Source of the DNA: Zootoca vivipara
Taxonomy: Eukaryota
Assembly: GCF_963506605.1 (NCBI RefSeq)
Contig: NC_083288.1
Span: 43,462,001 to 43,526,000, forward strand
Direction of reading: 5' to 3'
Length of the DNA stretch: 64,000 nucleotides
Below are positions 1 to 11,354 of this stretch, piece by piece. Numbering within the stretch: position 1 is the stretch's first letter; each line of letters starts with the position of its first letter. The notes beneath the pieces are model-generated. The model was not told the DNA's origin. It ran no database searches and saw only the letters and a program-made list of their open reading frames with translations. The translations under genes and the position numbers were made by a program.

Positions 1-2029
1 TCTTAAATTTTCCAATAAAAACTCAAGACTCAGTATGAACAAAAGTGGAGATAGAGGACAGCCTTGCCTAGTACCTCTTTGGATGTTTATCTCTCCCGAG
101 ATTTCACTATTTATTATTAATTTAGCTGTTTGGGTCTTATAAATTGCCTCTATTCCATTGTTTATTTTTTCTCCAAATCCGAGAAAATTCACACAATTTT
201 TCATAAAGGTCCACGATACTCTGTCGAATGCCTTTTCGGCATCCAACAGTAGAAATGCGGCTTTTTTATCAATTTTTACACTAAGATGTTCCAATAGGTT
301 AATAACATTTCTTAAATTTTCATGCATGTATCTTTTTGGTAAAAAGCCCGACTGATCTTTGTTTATTACATTCCCTAATTCCTGCTTCATTCTGTTCGCC
401 AATAGGTTCGCAAATATTTTATAATCATTGTTAAGTAAAGAAATCGGTCTGAAATTTTTAATTTGGGTATTATCTGTTCCTTGCTTAGGTATTACCGCTA
501 TAAAAGCCTCTTCCCATGTTTTGGGGATTTCACCATGATCAGTGATTTTATTCACCAATAATCTCATAGGTTCTAACAAAATTTTTTCAAACTTTTTGTA
601 GAAAAGAGCTGGGAGCCCATCTGTTCCCGGTGATTTTCCTGATTTTGCTGTCCGAATTACCTTTTGTATTTCCACTGATGAAAAGGGTTCATTCAACGAA
701 TTTAATCTTTCTTTATCTATTTTTTTTTAATTTTGATTCCTGTAGATATCTTTCTACTTCCTGTTGATCTACCTCTTCTTCCTTATATAGTTTGGTGTAA
801 AATTGGACAAAAGAGTCCCTGATTTCCTTGGGTTCTATTATTGCCTTCCCTTCATATGTTAATTTGTCTATCACTCTTTCTTTCTGTTTTTTCTTCAGTT
901 GCCATGCCAAGTATCGACCTGCCTTGTTCGAGAGTTCAAAATTCCTTTGTCTTAAGAATCTTATTTTATTCTCGATTTCCTTATCCAATACTTTAGAAAT
1001 TTGATCTTTCAATAATTTAATAGCTCTTTTTATTTCCTCCTTCTTTTGTATCTTAGCTTTTCCTAATTCTGCTTCCTTCTTTGTTAACTCTTTTAACAAA
1101 GTATCCAATATCTTCTCTTTTTCCTTTCTTTTCCAACTACCTTGGCTAATGAGAAAGCCCCTAATCACCGCCTTTCCAGCATCCCACACTACATTTACTG
1201 ATGTCCCTCGGTTTAAATTTTCTTCAAAGTACTCTTTTAATACCCTTTCCGCCTTTTTTATTATATCTTCATCTTCTAATAAAAGTTCATTTAATCTCCA
1301 CCGTCTGATTATCCGGTCATTCCCTTTTAATTCCATTAAAATTGGATTGTGGTCCGATATACATTTTGGCAGAATTTCAATTTTTTTGCATCTCATTGCT
1401 AATTCTCTAGAGGTCCAGATTAAATCAATTCTGCTTTCAGTATCATTTGGGTGGGAGTAATATGTAAATTGTTTCTCAAGGGGGTGTTTATATCTCCACA
1501 TGTCTCGTAGATCCAATTTTTCAATCATATTGAAAAAAGATTGGGGTAATTTCCCTTCTTTTTTGCCTACACCTTTACTCAATTTATCCATCTCTGGGGA
1601 GACCACCCCATTAAAATCTCCAAGTAGGATGATTTTTTGGTCTATAAAATCCAATAATTTTTCTTCTAATTTTTGGTAGAATTCTATTTTATTTTCATTG
1701 GGTGCGTAAAGTCCCACCACTATTATCTTTTCTGCTTTCCCTTGTATTTTCACTATAATAATTCTTCCTTCATTATCTTTATAAATTTGTTCCGGGTTTA
1801 ATTTCGAATTCACATATAACACGACCCCTCTTTTTTTAACTACATCTGAAGTTATAAACTCCTCCCCCAGATTTTTCTTCACTAGTAGTCTGCGGTGTCT
1901 TTTGGTGATATGCGTTTCTTGTAGGCAAGTTACATCAGGTTTCCTTTTGCCCAGTAGGTGTTCAACTCTATTTCTTTTCGTCTTATTATTAAGGCCATTA
2001 ACATTCCATGTAATAAATCTTAAATCCAT
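1..2029 (-). CDS. L1 ORF2 (APE endonuclease + reverse transcriptase), with one apparent +1 frameshift in an A9 run at 720-728
   Basis: Endonuclease motifs TWNVNGLN, CLQETH, LGDFNG, SRIDLIW, SDHNP. After the shift the frame reads KSPGTDG, FRPISLLNNDYKIFA, LDAEKAFDRV, GTRQGCPLSPLLF and stays open to base 1. Confidence 0.93.
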
Positions 2030-2354
2030 TTTTGGACTAGTCAAATCTTTATTCTGTCTTTATTAAGTCTCCTCGTTTGGGAGTATGAGAGATTTTTTTT
2101 AAAAAAAAAGCGGGCAAAAACAACGAAGAGCGAGGGGGAGAGAGTTAACTAAAAAAACAGAACAATAAAGAAGAAAAAGAAAAAAATAGATATATATATA
2201 TATCAATAATGGTCACACATTTCTGCATACAATTTTAAAAATCTCTTACTATACTAGAGCTAATTATGCCTTAAACAGAGTAGGTATCTTCCTTGTTAAA
2301 TTCCCTTATTCTTCTTCACTTTCCGAACTATGTTTGTCCCCCTTAGCTTCTTTC

Positions 2355-3308
2355 TTATCTCCGGATTTCCCTCCCCCCCCCCAAGAACTTTTCATATTTC
2401 CTCCAGAACTTGTCAGCGTCTAATTCTGTAGTCAGCTTTCTCTTACTTTGCTTATAGGTGAAAGAAATTCCCTCAGGAAATTCCCATTTGAAGTAAATGT
2501 CATTCTTCTTTAGTGCCTCAGTCAGGAAGTTATATTTTGACCTTTTTTTCAAAAGTCTTGGTGGTATCTCTCTCATAATTGCTATTTCTTTATCATCTAT
2601 TTTTAATTTTTGGGTTTTCTTGCGTGTCATGATTTTGTCTCTCAGAATCCTTGAGTTTAAAAAGACTAAGCAGTCGCCTGGCCAGTTGTTCTCGCGGGCT
2701 TGCTTCGACTTCAACCTGAATGCCTTATCCAGACAGATGGAAATGTCTTCCTCCTGCAGGTCCATCCACTGCGCCAGGGCTGTAATGATGACATTCTCTA
2801 TATTTTCGTCTGCTTTCTCCTTCAGTCCCCTGAACCTCAGGGTCAAATCATTTTGTTTAAGTTCTTGCATCGCGAGAGCGTCCAGTAGTGCTTCCTGGCT
2901 GTTTTTTAGTCTTTGTATTTCTTCCCTCATTTTTTCTTGATTTCTCCTATGTTCTCTGCCTTCCTCTGCATGCTTTTTAGCAGCTTCTTCCTGCTTGTTT
3001 AACCTCGCTGTTAAGTTCTGGATATCCCTTTCCATTTCTTTATTTTTTTCTTGTAGATCCATAACATGTTTATCCAAGTTCTCAATCGCTTTGGTGTTCT
3101 CTTCTGTCTTTTTCCAGTTTTCTTCAATTCTGTTCCCCATCTTGTCCATTTTATCATTCAATGAGTCCATCTTTTCTGTAAGATCTGACTTTAGCCCAAG
3201 AATCAGTTCCTTTATATCCAGCGTGTCCGTGTCCATGTTTGAACCTCTTCTTTGGGTACCAGCCGGTGTAATAGCAAATTGGTTCTTGATTCTTTTATTC
3301 TCACCCAT
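2355..3308 (-). CDS. L1 ORF1 (coiled-coil nucleic-acid chaperone)
   Basis: 317 aa open ORF upstream of ORF2. It has a long heptad-like region followed by LRFRGLKE and KWEFPEGI, typical of vertebrate L1 ORF1. Confidence 0.9.
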   Translation of the reverse strand: MGENKRIKNQFAITPAGTQRRGSNMDTDTLDIKELILGLKSDLTEKMDSLNDKMDKMGNRIEENWKKTEENTKAIENLDKHVMDLQEKNKEMERDIQNLTARLNKQEEAAKKHAEEGREHRRNQEKMREEIQRLKNSQEALLDALAMQELKQNDLTLRFRGLKEKADENIENVIITALAQWMDLQEEDISICLDKAFRLKSKQARENNWPGDCLVFLNSRILRDKIMTRKKTQKLKIDDKEIAIMREIPPRLLKKRSKYNFLTEALKKNDIYFKWEFPEGISFTYKQSKRKLTTELDADKFWRKYEKFLGGGREIRR

Positions 3309-6300
3309 TCTTGGGTGGTATATATCCCCAAAGCTTAGAATTCCAAGTTATAAAAGTCTATTATCCTCACGTTTAATGTGGAAAGAAATTTATTATCAAC
3401 CTTAACTCTTAGGGGACTTTTAGGGGGGGGGAGGTAGGTTTTTACACTGGTGTCATATCTCTACCACTTAAATCGAGAGGGAGAAAAAAAACAGGTCAGA
3501 GAAGGGTTAGAGAAGGGTTAAGTCCACTTTCCCATGTAGAGCAGGAGTCTGGAAAATATGGGCTGGTATAGGCTGTCACTAGGTCTCACTCTTTCCTTAT
3601 TCTTTTCCCCTTTCTCCCAGCCTTTTTCTTATAGTCTGTCACTCCTCACTCTCTTCTTCCTGCTTCTTTTAACACCAGCTTCCGTTTCTCAGTGAATCAG
3701 CAATTTCTCGCCGCCATTAATCTCTTTTAGTCCCATTTTTTTTTTGTTTTTTTTTTTCCGGCAGCGGTACTTTCTTCAACCTCCAATCTCCCTCTCCGTG
3801 GTTCAAAATTTAACTTTCCTTCCCTCCCCTTCTATCAGTTCAGTCCTTGTTTTGTAATCCCTTTTGTTGTTCTACTCTGTCCAGCTCTTTTTCCTTCTCA
3901 CTCGTTGTCTATTCTCTCCGCCCCTCGTCCTGCCTTCTTGCTTCTTTGTATCTCTCTTAGTGTCTCTTTGTATCTCTTAGTAGCAGTTCGTATAGGAAAA
4001 AAAAACCCACCCCTCGCACTCCCTTGTTATCTCAGTACTCACAGTCTTTGCGTTTGTCACCTCGTCCTTTCCCCAGAAAGTGGGTACTTCCAGACCAGGC
4101 ATTCAGGGGGGGGGCGGTTCCTCTTTTCTTAGGGCTCTGTGCTGTTTTATAGTCCCGTATCGCTTTTTACAGCAGTTCACAAGTCCTCTAAGGATAGGAG
4201 TAAGCTCCGTTTGCGCTCTTCCCCAGTTCCCGCTTGCCAGTTGTTTTAAGTTCGTTCAGCAGAGGACTTGGCAAAATAAGTTTGATAAAAAAAACTATAA
4301 GAATAAAAACTGTGCTTCCTCTGCTCTTAGGTTGCTTTTCCTTGCGTTGAAATGCTGTCGCTATTCCGTGCTCCGTCCTGAGGCAGCTTTTAGAGGGGCG
4401 GACATTTTCTAAGCGCCGGGGCTTGAATTTCCTTTCAAGTTTTAAGCGTTTTCTTGCCCCTTCTTCTAGCGCCGCTTCTCGTCCCAGGACCCTGAAATTT
4501 TCCTTCAAGGGTTTTGAGGCTCCGTTGCCTTCGGAGACCCCCTAAACCCCTCTAAAATTGGATCGCCACAAGCGCCTGCAGCGATCCCGATGCAGCTCCG
4601 GCAGCGAGCAACCCGGAAGTCGCCTCATTAGGCATTCCAATGAATAGCAAAGAGCAGAGGAAACACAAGAGGAGGGAGGTGAGGAGAATGTAGGTTAGAC
4701 TTCTGTTGTTGGCTTTGACTATGGCAGTGTCCCGGTGCTTAATGAAGATGCCCAGCACCAGAGCTGTGACCAGAGACAATAGAAGTGCAGAGGAAGTTGA
4801 AACAATAGCCAAAGTGTCATCAAAGGCTAGGAAATTTGAGATCTTGGGGATGCAGTGATTGTGGTCCTTGTTTGAATGCTGGTCTTCTGGGCAATGGATA
4901 CAGTTTTCTGGGGAGGGAAAGAGGCACTGTATGCCAATTTTTAAAAAGCAAGGAATATCCAGTAGTTCAGTCTCACCCAGCTCTACAGACATACCAGAAA
5001 TACAATGCATAAAACTGTGTCCTATCAATTTCATTGCAAAAACAAAGGATTTAAAATTAATGCATATCTGCATAAACAATGGTGCCCAGCCTATATGGAG
5101 GGGAGAAATGTAAAGCCACCAACATGCTATACAAGACAGGAGTTACAGGGTGATGAATGACGTAGCTTTCAGGCATGGCTTATTTCTTTTTGTTAGTTCT
5201 TTCATTGTTAACTGAGAGGCATTTTTAGCTGATTTGTATGCTTCTTATTGAGGGCAGTGTAAAGTGTTTTACATTAATGGCCTAGATTTGCTCAATGGCT
5301 GAAGAGCTTTTTTCCACAGTTTTTACTGTAGATGTTGATGTCTTTGGCTAGTGCAATAAACGTTTATGATGGTGGTGATATATTGATGCTAACATTTTCA
5401 CCTTATTTGATAACATCCATTTTTTTTCATCACAATGATCTGAGATCTTGATGCTAAAATGTGCTGCCCATGTTTAGAAAGAAACATTCCTCGTTATAAT
5501 GAATGTGATATATAAATGTGAAATAATAAACCCATGTTTTAACATACATCCCAAACAAACACACACAGGAATAGTGAATGATGGTAAACTTGGAAAAGAA
5601 CTACTCAGAGTTTACTGCAATAAATCATATGATTTGGAATATCTTAATGCCTTTTCTTACCCTTCTCATTTGAGTATATCCCTTCTGGACATGGAGCACA
5701 ATCATAGCAGCAAAATTTCACTCCCTCCTTCTTTTTCTTCCCATGACCAGGAGGACAGTGAGAATTACAGACCGAAAGGGGTGGCACCTATCCAAAGTTT
5801 AAGACCACGAGAAGAGCCCCGAAGTGTAGCACCCTGCTTGTGGTTGACACTTAGCTGGAATGAAATATTCAACGCAGCAATAGAGAAATTAAAATAATAA
5901 TTTATTTGTCAGACAAATAAATGAGAGGCACAGTGGTATAGTTACCAAAAAGCTCTGCCTGCTCTAGCCCTGCTGGTCAGCACCTATATTCCCTCAGCCC
6001 AGCTCCCTTGCTCCTCCTTTGGCTGCCTCTGTCCAATCAGCTTGGTTGAAATTCCTATTGGCTGTGTGCTAGAGCCAATAATAAAAGATACACCCATTTC
6101 CTATTACCTTTTATGGGAGACAAAGAGCTATATTTCCTTCTATCATAAATGGCAGACAAGTAGTTATATATCTTTACATTTGCCAAAACGAGGAACCTTA
6201 ATTACCAGATCACCTTTGCCCTTGCATTCCAACACAAATGGCTAAAACAAAATGATTAAAACAGATGGCTATGGTATTAAATTCTATCTAAACAAAAGCC

Positions 6301-6869
6301 TGGATGTGCATTCCCACACACTAGGAGTCATAAGAATCTAACATTTCTTACTTTCTAAATCCTTTGCATAACTCCATTAAGCCAACAAATCTCATAAAAG
6401 GCACATTGGTTTATAATTGTATACAATATAACAGGAACTTTCAGAAAAAGGTTTGTGTACAAAAGACCTCAAAGCAGAGGCTTGAAAAGGCTCTTTAAAA
6501 ATGAGCCCCCCTTTCCTTCCCAGCTGCTTTTGTCATTAGCTCTTCCCAATTGCTCTAACATTCTCAGTAAACCTTAGACTTTAGAAAAATAATGGCTAGG
6601 ACTCTCTCATGGTATCACTTTCTGTCAAACAATTAATCTTACTTATTTACCAACTCTTAATTAGTGTATTTGCAGCTGGGTTCTATTATTTAAATATGCA
6701 GGGTCATCTCCCAGCCAGTAATTTTAACCTTTTACAGCCTGAGAGGTTGTAAAGGTCTTTTGCTTGTCATAAATCAGGGGGCCCTAGCAAGGAGAGCAAG
6801 AAAATAAAAAACAACAGTTAAAATGCTTAGCCGGCTGGTACAGCATTCAAACATTTGCAAATATATCTT

Positions 6870-7100
6870 TTAAATTCATACAGGCCTCAATCAGGTGCCT
6901 CAGAAGCACCATACCATAGACCCATCTAGTCCAGAATGCTGTCCTCACAGATGCCAGTGGGAAGCCTACAAGCACAACCTTGCTCAGGCACTCAGAAGTA
7001 TAATGCTTCTGATTGTGGAGATAGAACATAGTCATGAAGGCTAGTAGGCCATGAGAATATTGTCCTCAATTTCAAAGGCATCTGAATTGATGGCCATTAT
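6870..7100 (-). mobile_element. Degraded CR1 LINE 3' fragment
   Basis: cccatctagtccag...gaagcctacaagca...ctagtaggccatg resembles the reptile CR1 3' end in reverse (from recall); boundaries approximate. Confidence 0.5.
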
Positions 7101-7268
7101 TGAGCTCCCATTCTAGATGGGGGGGGGGAGAGAAAAACTTCTCTCTAACCACATCATATCCCCTTGAAATTACTGTCTGGTTTGCTTAATGTGTGTTTTG
7201 GGAAAGCTGAGGGACAACATTGTTAATGATTGAATTACCAAGCATGGAGAAGAACATATCTCACTGAA

Positions 7269-7447
7269 CAGGGCCGTCTTAAGCATATCTGGTGCCCTGG
7301 CGCCGTGGTGCGAAGATCCCTCCGGCGCCCCCCCCTCCCGCCCCGTTTCCCAGCGCGGCTGCCACAGGCGCAGTGGTGCAGTGCCCCCCTGGCGGCCTGG
7401 CGCCCTAGCGCCCTGCGCCACCCAGCCTTGCCGTAGGGCCGGCCCTG
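7269..7447. mobile_element. GC-rich hAT-type MITE
   Basis: TIRs CAGGGCCG...CGGCCCTG. The 8-bp flanks TCACTGAA/TTGCTGAA can both derive from TCGCTGAA by CpG decay. Confidence 0.8.
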
Positions 7448-8877
7448 TTGCTGAAGCAGAACCAGCAGAGCTTCTGCAAGAATAGCGATGGAAGAGTACT
7501 TTCAATATACCAACAAGCATATAGAGAGAGGTGATGCAGATGGCAGTGTGTAAATAACATTCCCTTTCCACTCCCTGTTTGCCAATCCCTTATTATTCAG
7601 AATGTTTTTTCTTCTCAAGTTAAATAGGATCGAATTGCATTTTCTTGACCATTGTCCAGTTACGCATATGCTGAATTTGATTGCCCTAGACCTCATTCAA
7701 GCTCTGCAAGGGCCTCTTGATAGCCATATGGTTACTGATCCCAATAATAGGAACAACACTTACACCTCACATCAGGTCCTGGCCACAACATAAGCTTAAG
7801 TCCAGCATCACTGTCACTTGAGTCAATTAGGGTATCTTGACATCCTTCCATTTTGTGCCTAGATCAGTCACCAGCTGGTGAGAGAAAAATTCAATTATGC
7901 AGAGTGTTCCTTTGCAAGTGCCTCCCCTGCCAGGGATTGATTTGTGCACAACCTTACCAGGTGCCAACACTGAAAGGGCTCTGTCTGCTACTTGCCATTC
8001 TCATTTTAATTGCAGGCCAACAATGAACACAAAGTGTTGGATATGGTCATACATGTGAAGGCAGGATTAGTGGTATTAGAAGGCAACTAGTGACATTCCA
8101 GTGAATTTGGATTCATTTTTTATGAAGGAATGGTTTCTTTGTTTTCTTTACATCTATTGTCCTTCCATTTCATTTGATGACTATGAATTTTGTACTGCTA
8201 TTTTCCCACCTGTGCAAGCTCTTTGTTCCATTTGATTCTGCCCCCATCAATGACGAGCTCTTTGTCAGAAGGAGCCTGTGGACCCAGACTTCCCACTTTA
8301 ACCCTGATGTAAGATTTATTTGGGAAAGTGACCAAGTTTGTAATATCAAAGCCAGATGCCAGCTCTCCATGTTCATTTAATGTAATTTCATCTCCAGCAG
8401 TGTTGTTAAATGAGATCAACCGAAGGAATGAGTGAAGCTAAGTGGGCAAATAAGAAGATCAACATGGTGTTTATAAAGTGTTGTAATAGTCTCTTTAAAC
8501 CTAATGGAGAGTGTTCACGTTTTGGAAACCGATACAGGAAGAGTATGGTACCTAATGGAACAATGTGCATCCAACCATTGAAAATGATGCCATGAGAACT
8601 TCCAAATAATCCATGGAAGAGAAATCAGGTTGCATATATTTATTCATAACATTTCTAAACTGCTTTTCACCAAACGTTTTTATGAAGTAGCTTCTATCAC
8701 AAAAAATAAAGCAACCTAACAGTAAAATCAACAATTAAAGCAAAACCAAATCCAGCAGCAGTTTACTAAAATTGAAAGTGCACAGCAGGTGTAAATAAGC
8801 CCTTGAGAAGCCTGGGGCAAGGTTTTGTTTTGTGTTTTTTTTTTTAAAAAAAAATGCATCAACTGGAGGCCATCAAT

Positions 8878-8878
8878 A

Positions 8879-8932
<54 letters not shown>

Positions 8933-9030
8933 TTCTTATTTATACCCAGCCCATCTGGCTGAGTCTCCCCAGCCACTCTGAGCAGCTCCCAATCAGATAT
9001 TAAAACAATACAGCATTAAATATTAAAAGC
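8878..9030 (-). mobile_element. L2-type LINE 3' end with (TAA)n tail, abruptly truncated
   Basis: Same cccatctggctg...ccccagccactctg terminus as the copies near 30570-30660 and 46760-46910. Confidence 0.7.
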
Positions 9031-9791
9031 TTTCAAAGGAGTCTTCTTCCCCACATTAAATGGGGGGAAATTGCAAGCAGGAGACCCAGCACTTCTTTGG
9101 CCTCTCTTCATCCCCTCACCAGTTTCCCTCCTTCTCAACTCTCACTTCGGGATAAGCGACTTATGTCTCTCTCCAAAAAGTTCCCCTTCCTTTCCCTGTT
9201 TTAAGGCTCTTCCTGTGAAGCCTATGGCCAGTGTCCCCACACCCTGCCTGTCCTCTGGAGGCTGAGATTGCTCAGCTGTGCGAGAGTCTCAGTCATTTAA
9301 TTTCCCAGCAGTTCACAGTTGATCATGTAGGTTCAGTAGGATATAGGGGAAGTCTGCAAAGTTCCCTCAAAAATAGGACGCTTCTCTCGCTAGGACCCAG
9401 GAGTCGCGGGGCTGGGAGACTTGCAGGCTCAACTGGAGAGCTTTCCCACGCACCGAGCGCTCTCTCTCTCCCCCGTGTCCCTCTCTCTCTCTCATTCTCC
9501 AGGGGAGGCTGGGCGGGGGAAGGGGCAGGAGGGGGTAGAAAGCAGAAAAGCCTTTCCATGAGCTGCCTGGTGCAGCCAGGCTTCTGCTGCCACTCCTCCT
9601 CCTCCTGCTGCTGCTGCTGCTCACTGTAAGAGAGAGCGCGGGAGAGAGAAAGCCTCCACGGCGTTGCCAATGCAACCAGAGCACGCGAGCGCTCTGCGTC
9701 CAATCCCTGTGTCCCCAGGACACATGCGCATTAGCGCGAAAACGGGACACAGGGACTGGACGCAGGGACACTTGCATTTTATATATATAGA
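9031..9791 (-). mobile_element. Probable non-autonomous Helitron, 5' portion
   Basis: Minus strand begins A|TCTATATATATAAAATG, followed by GTCCC-repeat subterminal sequence. No 3' hairpin-CTAG end was found; the left boundary is uncertain. Confidence 0.6.
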
Positions 9792-10553
9792 TAGTTGTTT
9801 TTGATACAAGGGCTGTGTACACAGATGCATAATCATCAGATTAAACCAGCTAGTTTATGAGAGAGGAAACAAAAAAATAACTGTCCCCAAGCACATGATT
9901 TACCAAAACATTCTATTCCTGTTCTTCAAATCAAGCAAAGAACTTTTGACCTCAGTCTCAAATAAATAATCAGGAATAAAAATAATAATAAGACCATTGA
10001 CTTCCAATGGTATATCAATAGAAGACTGGTTAGGTTTTATGTTGAACAATGGTTTTGGAGAAATGTAATGTATATGAGATGCCATCCCACCGATGAAGAG
10101 ATCGCCAGGACCGTGCCACTCATGTGGAACATATACAGGTTTACTTTTCATGCACTTAATATTATGCACTTTGCACACCATGTTTGACAGCAGCAGCAAA
10201 AAAAGAAGCACAACCCTGGAAGTTAATTTCCCCCTACCCATCGTCTCTCTCAGGTCTCTTAGTCTGTACTGTCAACACTCCTATCAACTTTAATTAAACC
10301 AAATGGCTTGAGTGGTAGTTGACTTGGCCAACACTTCCTACAAGGGACATGTGTCCAGGTTGTCTTTACCCTCAGTTGTGAGACAAAATGATTGCTCGGA
10401 TTCCAAATAGTAAACAGCAATATGAACACCTATATAAGGAACAAAGAAATGTGATTAAAATGACAAAGCCCTGCCTGTCTCACAGTTGTTATTAGTTTTA
10501 CTTGTCTGTGGATTTACTAGACTACTTATACCCATTTCATTCTCAGTTCTTGA

Positions 10554-10643
10554 CATAGCTGCCAAGTTTTCCCTTTTCTCGCGAGGAAGCCTATTCAGCA
10601 TAAGGGAAAATCCCTTTTAAAAAGGGATAACTTGGCAGCTATG
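10554..10643. mobile_element. 90-bp MITE (TIR CATAGCTGCCAAGTT), copy 1
   Basis: Perfect TIRs and a perfect 8-bp TSD GTTCTTGA. Confidence 0.92.
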
Positions 10644-10703
10644 GTTCTTGAATTTCCTTCCCCATCTGCCTTCTCAAAAATCACTGGAGCTTAGAGCATA
10701 TGA

Positions 10704-10750
10704 ATGAATTACAGTGATCTAGATAATTACAGGGAAGATAATCACTTCTG
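10704..10750 (-). promoter_or_regulatory. Conserved V2R upstream motif (gene 1)
   Basis: CAGAAGTGATTATCTTCCCTGTAATTATCTAGATCAC on the gene strand; homologues lie upstream of all five exon 1s. Function is inferred. Confidence 0.6.
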
Positions 10751-10871
10751 AAATGCCAGAACTGCTGAAGCACACCTGTGAGTGACCTCTGTTCAAATGC
10801 TGAGGTCTTGTGCTGTGCTGCAGGCCTGTTTATCAACAGCTGCTTTGTGACAGGTTCTGATGGAGATACTG

Positions 10872-11354
10872 ATTTATTTATTTTATTCGTTTATTGAATG
10901 TACCGGTATATACTACCCTATACCCGGGGGTCTCAGGGCAGTTCACAGGATAAAATCAAAACATAAAACCACAAAATACATAATAAAAATAAAAACAACA
11001 CCCCAATAGCCCCCTCCCCAAACCCACATTTTAAGAAGAAGAAGAGTTTGGATTTGATATCCTGCTTTATCACTACTCGAAGGAGTCTCAAAGCGGCTGA
11101 CAATCTCCTTTCCTCTCTTCCCCCACAACAGACACCGGTCATAGGATGTAAATCAGATCAACCAAAGGCCTGGTTAAAAAGTAATGTTTTTCACTGGTGC
11201 ATAAAGGAGTATAATGAAGGTGCCAGGCGAACTTCCCTGGGGAGAGCATTCCACAGACGGGGAGCCACTGCAGGGAAGGCCCATTCTTGTCTTGCCACCC
11301 TTCAGACCTCTCAAGGAGGAGGAACATGGAGGAGAGCCTCAGAAGATGATCTCA
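10872..11354 (-). mobile_element. L2-type LINE 3' fragment (resumes at 13464), containing a short SINE 3' end with GAA tail at ~11034-11137
   Basis: gagcattccacagacggggagccactgcagggaaggccc matches the L2 copy at 47040-47100. The sequence is split by a TSD-flanked insertion. Confidence 0.65.

Larger units (their letters stand above)
1..4621 (-). mobile_element. L1-clade LINE with complete 5' end (5'UTR 4621-3309, ORF1, spacer, ORF2); 3' part lies beyond the left edge
   Basis: Minus strand begins GACTTCCGGGTTGC at 4621, exactly where V2R exon-6 homology breaks. It is followed by a coiled-coil ORF1 and an endonuclease/RT ORF2. Confidence 0.95.
4622..10241 (-). pseudogene. V2R pseudogene (gene 1): exon 1 10241-10006, exon 4 8437-8210, exon 5 5787-5661, exon 6 5' part 4907-4622; exons 2-3 absent
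   Basis: Exons are homologous to the neighbouring V2Rs, with canonical 228 and 127 bp sizes. The exon-1 donor reads GGAAGT instead of GTAAGT. There is no exon 2/3 sequence in the 1.5 kb between exons 1 and 4. L1 is inserted in exon 6. Confidence 0.9.

Noticed and set aside
1149-3405. Plus-strand ORFs antisense to L1 ORF1/ORF2
   Set aside because: Shadow frames of A-rich coding sequence.
3465-4040. Possible intron in the L1 5'UTR (GTGAGT near 4039, pyrimidine tract and AG near 3467, minus strand)
   Set aside because: Plausible, but such signals are common by chance and there is only one copy to compare.
4552-5079. 175 aa ORF as a short V2R or L1-V2R fusion protein
   Set aside because: Intron read-through plus the exon-6 stub running 70 bp into the L1 5'UTR; the gene is otherwise disabled.
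9231-9836. Overlapping ORFs with poly-Q/E/S in a GC-rich stretch
   Set aside because: Low-complexity interior of the Helitron-like element; no recognisable domain or splice context.
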